A stretch of 64,000 nucleotides of DNA from Magallana gigas (lineage: Eukaryota): assembly GCF_963853765.1 (NCBI RefSeq), contig NC_088858.1, positions 12,958,001-13,022,000 on the forward strand, read 5' to 3'. Under the pieces are notes generated by a model. That model ran no database searches and was not told the DNA's origin. It saw only the letters and a program-made list of their open reading frames with translations. Both the position numbers and the translations under genes were made by a program. Below, one piece after another: positions 41,401-52,119 of the stretch. Numbering within the stretch: position 1 is the stretch's first letter; every line of letters starts with the position of its first letter.

Positions 41401-41845
41401 GGTTCTGGAATCGATATACCTGACCAACAGCTGACCGTTTTAATTCGGACCCTGGACGTGGATGGTTTTATTAATTATAAGTAAGCAAATGGCCATATTA
41501 TTATAGGCATCTGTTGAATATAAATGGGTCACTACTTGTTAGCAATACCATCGGGTATTTGTAACGAGGATTTAATCCATGTACGAATCATCAACGGTAT
41601 TGCAATGATTTTATTTTCCATTTGTTTGTTTTAGTCGCATACTGGATGAAAACGAATCTGAATCTCCCATCAGTCCGGAATCAAGATCCGCATCCGTTGT
41701 GAGTTTTAGTTCCGATAAATCTGAGAAAAGCGTGTCCTCCGCGAGGCGAAGGACGTCTAGCACAGATACTGTATCGACAGACGGGGGAAACAAACCCAAG
41801 TCCGCCAAAAACAAGGCCAAGAAAAAGGAGAAGAAAAAGAAATGA
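36107..41845 (+). CDS. LRRC74: LRRC74-like leucine-rich repeat protein, paralogue 2, with degenerate EF-hands and a Ser/Lys-rich tail (~592 aa, 11 coding exons)
   Basis: Exons 36107-36440, 36585-36769, 37816-37923, 38091-38184, 38279-38328, 38633-38800, 39145-39339, 39446-39541, 39640-39897, 41401-41480 and 41635-41845. The GINPVSYF...FHGLG signature is present, and the LRR exons have the same lengths (108/168/195/96 nt) as in the other paralogues. Confidence 0.9.
38365..38452. repeat. (GA)n microsatellite in an intron of paralogue 2
   Basis: Direct reading. Confidence 0.95.
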
Positions 41846-44694
41846 TCACGCTCTTTCTTTGTGACACATGAATGCAAGTTTGTGTCGTTTTTGAAGTTAA
41901 GGATTCCACAGTGGTTGAAACACTTTAAATATTCAAGAAGTTGTATGCTACGGCGCTACAGTTGAGTCTACAAGGCTAGGAACACGCTAGCATTAACTAT
42001 GCGTTTGACGCATCCATTTCTCCTAATGTAATATAGTACGTTTAAAATCATCGTTCTGATTTACATGTTTACGGTGCTGAATGCATTTCATTCACGTTGG
42101 TTGATTTTCAATTTTTTTTTAAACCCAGGAGACCCTTTTGGTCGAAACAGTTCTTTGCATTTGATGGTGACAAGTATCATCTATATAAAGTGGCATTGAT
42201 AGGTATTTTATTTTAAACTTTTAAATGTTAAATATTCGAAATATTTAATTAAAACGTGCATGCAAATTGAATTTAACCAGTAATTTAGTACTTCAAATAA
42301 ATAATTATTGACATTTAATAGCCATCATTTACAGGTTTGTTGCAAGTTTAATAAAATCTCGAACTTAATTTTTGTGTTTTGAGTATTTGTTCCAATCTTC
42401 TTAGAGGTAAAGAATGAGTTATGTTCCCGCCCACAGTTCACGGTTAACTGTTGAGTATGTTTGTTCATTGGGTAGATCCTGTGAAATGTTTACTTACTAC
42501 CTTGAACGTAAGAAGTTAATAGTAAATTATTTATTAATTTTGTTGAAAATGAGATATTTGTTGCATTTTCGTAGATTAAACGCCCTGTCCATTGGACGTA
42601 CAAGTCACAATTAGTCGAAATGATTTCTTTAAAACTTGCGTCAGAGTTTACGTTGTCTTTTGAATTAGAATGAGTAATATACTAAACTTGAAGCTTCTCT
42701 TGTATATTACAATACTTTGAAATAGATATGCCGTTTTCATTTGAAACGGTACTATTTTTTTTAACCTTACACTTTGAAACAAAATATTTCAATAATTATA
42801 AAAGATGTAAATTTTGTTTCAAAGATTGTATCTTTTATAGAATAAATGAGATAAATGTGGTATTAAATGAGATGAATGGGGTATTCGTCCTCTAATTCGT
42901 TTCTATTGTGGAATCCAAGTATATGCGTTCAATCATTAGTTTAATAATTTATAACTGTAGTGGTGACGAGTTTTATTTAAATCGAATATAAGCATGGCAT
43001 GCTTTTTTTGGATATCGTCGGTCCTAAATCACACCAGACCCAGGCTGTGCATACAAATTAGCATACCGCGCTAACGATCAGTAATCAATTTGTCTGCACA
43101 GCATGGTGTGTTACATGTACAGGACCGACGATATCCAAGAAATAGGCAATCAATGCAGTAAGGAATTAATAAGACCAAGCTGCATTGTTCAATATAAAGT
43201 GAGAAGAGAAAACAATTACAGTTGTCTATGGAGACACAATGTTCTTTTTTGTCGATTACAATATGTTTCGGGTCTTGACAAATATGACACTGAGAAAAAT
43301 GTCGTTCTCAAACAATCAAACTACGTCATATTTCTTTCAGATTGTCTTAAGCTTTAAGAACACAAAACAACAAAGAAAACGCAATTTTACCATATTATTG
43401 ATAGTGTTTGATTCCATTTTGACAAACATGTAAATCTCATAAATGGACGATGATAGTCGAATTATTGCTGTACCGTTTACTGAATCAAAATTGAAATAAT
43501 AAAACTTAGAGCTTCAATAGGTTTTTTTTTTTTAGGAAAATATAAACCGGCTCTTAATGTCGGTAATCAAACATGCATAATGCAAAATACACATTATATA
43601 CTTGTAACACACTAATGTGAAAGAATAAGGTTGTTAAAAATCAATTGTACGCACACAAAAAAAACAAGGCAGGACCAAACATTTTTCTTCAAATTTTACC
43701 TAAATCCCCCCCCCCCCCAAAAAAAAATTATCATCGGAACACATTTTGAGGAAATACTTACATATACATATAGGTTAGATACTCTTTAATTAAATGCATG
43801 TTGGAACAGAAAAAACGGGTCCAATTTGTAAAAAGTATCTGTTTATTAAAAAAAAAAGCCGAATACACACAACAGCATGCGTAGGACAAAATAATTTCCA
43901 ATATAGGTCTCCTAGGGTGTGAATTTCCGCGAAAGGAACAATCTTTTTTAGATGGAAACGATACGAGACTATTTGAATTTTTTATGACTATGTGGAATGA
44001 CACTGTTCTGTATAATGTAAACAAATTCTCTTTTCGTGCTGATTGTTTAGATTTTGCTACTATACGAAAATATTGAGGAAGTATACTCTAGTTTTGAATG
44101 ATGAAACAGGAATCTCCACAGATTTTTGTAACTTGCAACTGCAACTGTATAACTTATACTGTGTAATATTTTAAACAAAAATATCTGATCAAGAGAGATA
44201 ACCCTACCATCAGAATTATTTTTTTGAAAACAATAGGAATTGTTTCAATGATCTCTTTTTAGATTTGAAGGAATGGCACGAAATTGCGTGTAAATTGTGT
44301 GTAAGATTGTGCTTTGCAAGGAATGGAAATCGAGGTCTAAAATTTCTTTCCACGTTTTCTGTTATATAGCCAAAGGGAGACAATCCAATATGTTTAAATC
44401 ATTTACTGTCATGTTGTATGTGAATTCTAACAAACAAAAAATATAACAGGACAAATTAACAAAATGTTAACAATATCTTGAAAAGAAAGGTAGACATGCT
44501 GTTCTAGAAGTTTATTTAATTTTAAAAATCAATTGAAAGCACTGCATGCTTTTTAGTTACGGTGATTTATATACATGTAATTAGACGGTTTGTTGATCGC
44601 ATCTTCCCAAGTCAAGGGTTTCTGATCCGCTTCTCGTTTGTGAGAAGCTATGCGGATCAGAAACCCTTGACTTGGGAAGATGGATGATCGAAGC

Positions 44695-44698
<4 letters not shown>

Positions 44699-44743
<45 letters not shown>

Positions 44744-44750
44744 GACGTCA
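44699..44750 (+). promoter_or_regulatory. (GA)n tract abutting a perfect CRE (TGACGTCA, 44743-44750), ~70 bp upstream of the orphan gene ATG
   Basis: The sequence is seen directly; the promoter role is inferred from position. Confidence 0.45.
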
Positions 44751-44817
44751 TCACGTTGGTGGCGTTTTCATAACGCGTCATGTCATAGATCATTTTCCTA
44801 TGTTACGGAACGGAGAC

Positions 44818-47179
44818 ATGTACGAAAAGAAGATGCAGAGAGTATTCAACAATTTAAATCCCCTTTTCTTTGATCCAACCTCAGATGATCAAGTGAAAAT
44901 GGCAAGTATCGTAAACAAAAATTAAAAAGTATGTTTATTTCTTTAATATTCAACTGATTAGTCTATATAATTATAATGGACACGAATACAATACTTTCAG
45001 AGGAAAAACGTTCGTCACAAAAAGGTTGCAAAGACCATCAAGAACCTCAAGAAAATAAATGCAGAGAATGTGGGTGTATACGTATGTATTGAAAATAAAT
45101 TCTTATTCGATATTCATTATCTTATCAATATGATTTGAACATATTTTATTGTGTAATTACATAAGAGGATTGGAAACAAGTTCTTACAGCTTACGTGTTC
45201 CTCTCCTAAATCTTATCAATATGATCCTGTTTTTATTGATCATAGATGCCCTAGCACTACCTGATTTATTGGACGATGATAGATCTAAAGAGTTTATTTA
45301 ATTTACAGGATTTTCTACCTAGCTGGGCAACGAATGCATACTTTGACAGCCTTCATGGCAAAAAAGCGAGTGAAGAGGTAAATATTTGTTGTCATTCTAG
45401 ATGGAAACATTAAGAATATTCATTCTTAAAAACTCTACATAACATATTTATATGTAGCGTTATATAAATTAAAAGTATATGTGGCGTATTTTGAGTAAAA
45501 TTTTTGACACGAGTTTTAGTAAAAATATACATAATGCTTCTTATACATGTAATTAGATGTTTCACAAACTCTAGGCCCGTAAAACATGTTCTTTCTTTAG
45601 TTATTTGTCTCTAAACTTTGCTACACGTCTGATGAATATTAAATGTGATCGGCCATTGGTAACGCCACTGCGCATGAGTGCGGGAAAACCTATAGTATTG
45701 AAAACACTAAGGAAGAACAGTTTACAAATTAGAATCACGTTTTCCATGTCTTAAATTATATCATTCTTATATCAGATGATACCCAAAGCATTATTATTTC
45801 GTTATTCATTATGGTAGAACGATATAAATTGCTTATTATGTTAAATAAAGATGAAACACTATTTTAGCATCAACGACACGGTAAAATGAGTGAATACCCC
45901 CTTTCCTGAAGGATGCATGTACTGAGAGTGTTTGTTTATTCTTCATTCAAAAATTTCTCTAAACAAAAATCCACTTGTGGTTCATAACTTATAAAGTTAG
46001 GACATGAATACGAACCTGACCAGCAAAACCCCTACAACTTCATGATAAAATCTTATTAAACTTAAGTTTAATTCGGCTTTAATTCCTATTCCATTAATCT
46101 ACATGGTCTCCGATGATAATCTTCCCTTTGTTCCTATCATTGTCAGTCTGTCTCTTTTTTTTCTTGGCCAAATCTGTCAAACTTAACGGTATAACGGTAT
46201 CTTTCTCGTCGTCGCCATTGTTGTTGTGATAGACTGGGCGTGGCATCACGTGACCGATTTAAGGCGGGGTTTATTCAAATGCTGTATTTATTGTGGACGC
46301 GAAAATAATTATAAAAATTATTTGTTAATTTCTATATCTTTTTAACCCGATTGATATAAACTGCTTAATTTATTGTGAAGATATATCTTAATGTAACATA
46401 TTTAAATAAATAAATCAATCAAATATTTCTTAGCATGATAAAATACGCCACATATACCTTTAAATATCTTCATTTTACAGGAAGGGACAAAAGCTGGTAT
46501 TGAGGAAAAAAAGGTTGATTATCATCAACAACAAAATCTGAATGAATTATTCTCTCTTCCCTTTTTAATTTTGTATTTTTCAATCAAAATAATGACCATT
46601 TGTCATTTAGGTATATGTCAAAGAAATTATAGCGAAGGCCCGTGAAAGCTTTATGAAGGAGGCTTTGGCTTTGAAGGTATCATTCTGTGTATTTGAAAAA
46701 AAACCGCCTACAAAATCCTTTTAAACTTTAATATGTCTTTAACATAATGAATGTTGTTAATAGGTTCCTCAAGATTATGAATCCCTGAAAAAAGACGAAA
46801 TAGATAAAAACATGATTGAAAGAAGAAGGACAATGGAGACAGTCCATCAGCAGCTACTGGTAAGAATTAGAGCACTGCGGACTTCTAAGACAATTGTAAA
46901 TGTATATTTCCTTTCACTTGGGTTCAGTTTTTGAAGTTTTATGGGGAAAATTGGGCGTTAAAAATAATTCAATTTTTACAAACATTTTGTGATCGACAAT
47001 CATGTACAAATTAAAAAGCGTTACAACAAACTTGTGCCAATAATTTTCCAGAGCTCATTTAACTCCGTGACAGAAAAACGGACGGTGGACAATTGTGAGA
47101 AAATAATAGCAAAGACAAAACAAATGATGGCTATTCATGCTGAAATTAAGGTCCTTTGTATTATATTGTGTATCAGAAT

Positions 47180-47268
<89 letters not shown>

Positions 47269-47437
47269 TATACTCTGAATAAGTATGAAATATTTAATGA
47301 CCATTCGGATAAGTATTAAAAAATTTCTTTCTTTTTTTCAGCGAATGGTGTTGCTAAAGGGGCTGTGTTTAGAAGAAGATAATGATGATTCTTTAGGACC
47401 GAGAAAACTTTTCCTTTTCAAGATTGAAGACTTTTAA
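44818..47437 (+). CDS. Uncharacterised Lys/Glu-rich, probably helical protein (~207 aa, 8 coding exons)
   Basis: Exons 44818-44901 (GC donor ATG|GCAAGT), 45001-45081, 45309-45377, 46481-46513, 46611-46676, 46764-46859, 47052-47150 and 47342-47437 are all phase 0 and join into one open frame ending FKIEDF*. A further donor at 47450 implies a 3'UTR intron. I recognise no family. Confidence 0.7.
45473..46459. mobile_element. Non-autonomous DNA transposon with TTAA TSD (Kolobok-like) in intron 3 of the orphan gene
   Basis: 20-bp TIRs AAGTATATGTGGCGTATTTT / AAAATACGCCACATATACCT (1 mismatch), with TTAA at 45469-45472 and 46460-46463. Purine-purine termini plus a TTAA TSD fit Kolobok. Confidence 0.75.
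47182..47262. repeat. (GA)n microsatellite in an intron of the orphan gene
   Basis: Direct reading. Confidence 0.95.
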
Positions 47438-48905
47438 AAAGGGCCACAGGTGAGTACAGTATTTATGATTTATGAAAGATCTGTCGAGAAAAATTTGTAT
47501 TTATATAAAAATATTCTATTTTTGATTTTTTAATCTTTTTATTAAGCTTACCAGATATCTATTTGCTAAAGTTAATCGACAATTAAAAAGCAGATTTCAT
47601 GCAAAGAATGTTTTAAAAAAATTTCGTTTTGTTTCTTTAAAAGAAAAATAGCAAAACATAATAAAAAAACTAAAACAAAAAATCAAAACAAAAAACAAAC
47701 AAAAAACAAAAAACGAAAACAAAATACTATATTCAGTGATGTAGAGAACTTTTTGTTGTTCAATATTCAATCTGGGTTTGATCACTGCATCTAACTGATC
47801 TTGATTTTTGGCTCTTAATAGATTATTGAAACGCCATTCACACAAATGAGAGATGTAGATCCACCGAACACCTCCGAAGAATCGGTGGCGGATCAGTCGG
47901 TACATTGTGTGGTATGTAACTTCACCAATCATATAATTATCAAATGAAGGTTATTTTCGTCTTTAAAGGAAATTTGTTATATTATTCGCGGTTTGGTGTT
48001 CATTATTTTCTTTAATTTTCAGACTTCCTCCAAAGAGAAAAAACTTTCAATGGGCCGACGGTTTCTCAAATTTTTCGGACTAAGAAACATAGCTTAGTTA
48101 CCGTTTGCTGAAAAAAAACCCTACCAAAAACATTTTGCTTATAACTCAAAGAATGTTGATTTTGTATTTTATGCTGTTCACATGAATTTTATTTAAATAT
48201 ATTTACTAAATGCTTATCGAGAATTCTCAATTAAATTTATATATATGTTCATGTTATCACCTTTTTTTAAATTATTATTCATTCTCATTTTACGACATGT
48301 AAAAAAAATAATATGAAGCTTTGTGGCAACGCACTAAATTACGCACTTAAAAAATTAATTTGTGCGTCAAATTTGGGACAAAATCAATGCTTTTTGGAAA
48401 ATTTTTCAAAATGCGTTAAATTTAAACCAAGTCCACGAACTTTGAAATTTTTTTTTAAAAGTGCGTTGATTAGTAATGTACATCGAATTTCATTTTTACC
48501 AACACACTTAAGGCTCTTTGAAAATTTTTTATAAAAAACAAAATATGGACTTCTTTCTTGACCAACTGGCAACTTCATATTTAGTCAGAATAGGATTCGT
48601 GGGAGCGGGGGGTGGACAACCAAAGGAATAGCCGAATTTCAAATATAGAAAGATTCAAATTGATTAATTGAAGATCGAATGCACCCGCATCTTTTATTCC
48701 AAGACATCCTATCAATTCCATAAACAGAGTAAGTCATATAAATTGATCATTTTCCCCATCTCTCGATGGAGTAAATATTCACTAAGTAAAACGATAAAAC
48801 AGAATTAATTGGAAGGACAGCTGACGGCTAAGGCTAATTGGCGCAGTTCTTGTGGTAGTTGTTCTTCATGTGTAAATTGTTATAATAAACTAAATGATTT
48901 TAGAG

Positions 48906-49110
48906 NNNNNNNNNNNNNNNNNNNNNNNNNNNNNNNNNNNNNNNNNNNNNNNNNNNNNNNNNNNNNNNNNNNNNNNNNNNNNNNNNNNNNNNNNNNNNNN
49001 NNNNNNNNNNNNNNNNNNNNNNNNNNNNNNNNNNNNNNNNNNNNNNNNNNNNNNNNNNNNNNNNNNNNNNNNNNNNNNNNNNNNNNNNNNNNNNNNNNNN
49101 NNNNNNNNNN
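48906..49110. other. Assembly gap (205 N)
   Basis: Run of N. Confidence 1.
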
Positions 49111-49160
49111 TTTCAAAATATTTCGACCGAGTTACGTCTTCATCAGTCGGTGTTTATTGT

Positions 49161-51890
49161 GAATCTTACTATCCGCAACCTTAGGACTAGGCCTGCCGCG
49201 CATGCGCGAAATTTTGTAAACATCCTGTAGTTCGAGTTTGTTCAGATAGAATCGAGAGTATGTCGGTATGTTATGCTACATCCATTTTAATGATATATTA
49301 CACATAAACCTTATCTGTAATAATAAATAAACATTGTTGGTAACACCGTGATCTGTATAGTGTACCCTTTTCGATCTCGAATGACCCTGAACTTGTAATA
49401 TTTATAACGTAAGCATAAACCAGGGACGTATACATGGTACATTCATCCTTGCATAAACGTAAGCATCGCAAGAAATATTATTATGTTTATAAGGCTTAAT
49501 TTTGATAAGGAATCGTGCATACACATACATTCCTTATAAATTAACAAGTAGAATGAAGAATAAGATATTTATTTCAAATAATGAACCCACAGGGTGTATA
49601 ACAAACATAAATATATTTGGAATTTGATGACATAACAAATATATCAATGACTTATTAAAAAGAAACATTGTGCTCGGTTTGTTTACATGTATGATCTATT
49701 AAATAAATGTTATGGATATACATGTAGCATATCGCACCATTTTATTAAGGGGGCTGGGCATTGTAATTTAAAATAAAAGTATTACAAGAATAAAAATATT
49801 TTCTGGCAAAGAAATTAAAGTAATATATAACATGTATAACAATGTTTGACGATATGTATAAAGTATAGCAGTTACCTAAGTCTACCTATAAATAAACATT
49901 TTTTTCTTTGACGATTCATGTGGGCTATAAAGGTAGCAATCATTGCAGAAAAAAAAATGTGGGCTATGTATTTTTTTCTGCAATATATTGCCACCTTCAT
50001 ACTCTTTAATATTGTTATTTTCTCTATCTGCAGAAGAATTTGAAATAACAATTTGATGATGTATCAGAATATCTGACACATTGGATCATAAAAGATTAAA
50101 AATTTCAGATATTACATCATCAGCCTCCAAAGAGCACTCATTAGACTTATTCAAACTTTGTCATTCTGATCAAATATATTATCTCTTCTTTTAATCTTGC
50201 CGGGATAATCCAGATCCTCTCAAAGTTAGATGTGGTTATGATGTATCACAGCTTGTGATTGGTTTATTTCTCTTGTCTCTGAACTTACAATTCTGAGAAC
50301 ATTACCAATATGATGTGTATAATGATATACATATCATAACAATAAATTTATTCATATGATAAATAGGACAAAGTATGGCATTATTCTCAAACAAACTATG
50401 GGTAACTCTTCACAATGCAATATTTTTTATTCAGATGATTGAGATGATCCATATTTTCATCCGAGTCTGATGGTAGCCTGTGGAAGGAAATTATTTAAAC
50501 ATAAATGAATGCATGTAGAACAGTTTGACTTTCCTATATTTTCCCAAAGTATAATTAATCTTTTATGCGTGTTAAAGCTATACACGCTATAATTTGCGTC
50601 AATTTTGAATAAAGGGGAAAATGTATGTGTTTGATTACTTTATGCTGTTTATTATAATGCTCAATTCGATCACGTAACAAATATATCAAATATCAAACAA
50701 TAAAAAATATTTATTTTCCTGCCAGGAAAGTAATGCCTCCTCATGAATATCAATCTATCAAGTGATATCGACAGCTAAATTTAGCCTATCATACCAAAAC
50801 TTGTGAAGGGTCAACATCTTCATAATTGTGATAGTTTCACAAAGGAAAGGGTATTTTCAGTAAAGCATAAATTTGTCCGATATACGAGTACAAACAAAAG
50901 AAAAAAATACAAGCCTGTGAGTAGATATAAATACTGCCTTTAAAAAAATTACGTAGACATGTGTTTTTCCCCTATGTGCTATTTATAGATCCTATAAGTG
51001 TTAATGCAGAAGTAAGGGTATCGTGAATGACAAAAGTATTTTACTCATTATACAGCAACCCTTCAGAGATATATTAACTGTTTGATGTATACCATGTTAT
51101 ACAATGACATATTGATAGGAGATTCCCAGTAATGTGAAATGATTATGATAAATGAATAATAAAACTATGAAGTGAAAGCCACTTTTGATTGTAATTAACT
51201 TCCTAGAGACAAATACTCTGTACAATCACAGGCCTCTTAATTTCTATAAATAAGCAGATAAATGTAGAAGAGAAAGATAATCATATATACCCTATCTATA
51301 TATAAATACAAATACAGATAGGGTATAAATACTTCTCTTCTCCTACATTAAGCAGCTTATTGATAGAAATTTAGAGGCCTGTAGTACAATTAAACTATAT
51401 GTACATGAACTGTACTTAATATACTTATAGTGTTTAATTACCTTAATTGATTTCTTGGATGCATATACTCTCTGCATTTAAATACGTATATATGACGTAA
51501 TACATAAGTAATTGTATATGTTTGCATACATATATCTATGTTCTAAAGTTTGCCTGCACTGATTCACATATATGACTAGGCCTATACCATTTATATGTTT
51601 CTCGAGACCCACGGTCGCTTCGTAAAACTTATTTCATTGAAACTACATTGTTTAACTGATATACGTACAATTTATCATCATCAAAAGATAGTGTAAAGCT
51701 TGTTTTAATGTTTTTGTTCAATTAAATCTATAAACAATTGAGATAAATAACTAACCATCAAGAAAATCATCACTACAAATCTTTGCAACTTCATAGCTGG
51801 CGCCATGTTGAAAGTAGAAGATATATGCGAATGAACCAGTTTATGGGCATGCGCATTAGCCTAGTCCTAAGGTTGCAGATAGTAAGATTC
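49161..51890. mobile_element. 2.7-kb non-autonomous Mutator-like (MULE) DNA transposon
   Basis: 32-bp TIRs GAATCTTACTATC(C/T)GCAACCTTAGGACTAGGC (1 mismatch), with a perfect 9-bp TSD GTTTATTGT at 49152-49160 and 51891-51899. No transposase ORF lies inside. Confidence 0.85.
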
Positions 51891-52119
51891 GTTTATTGTC
51901 TATAGCAACACAACGTAGAACATATACTATGACGTCACAATATGAATACAGTCTGGCAAGTGACGTCATACAACAATATTGCGCCAAAAACATATGAAAT
52001 ATAGGTGAGAGTCTATAGAAAGCACATTGATAGCCGTAATTAATGCATAAACAAGTAATATATGAAAAATGTATAGATAACGGGACATAAAATAAAATTC
52101 GAATTGGATTGGGTAGGAT

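Noticed and set aside
43020-43433. GC-richer patch with short ORFs
   Set aside because: No consistent splice sites or motif; probably a decayed repeat.
48809-49184. ORFs spanning the N run
   Set aside because: Artefacts of the assembly gap.
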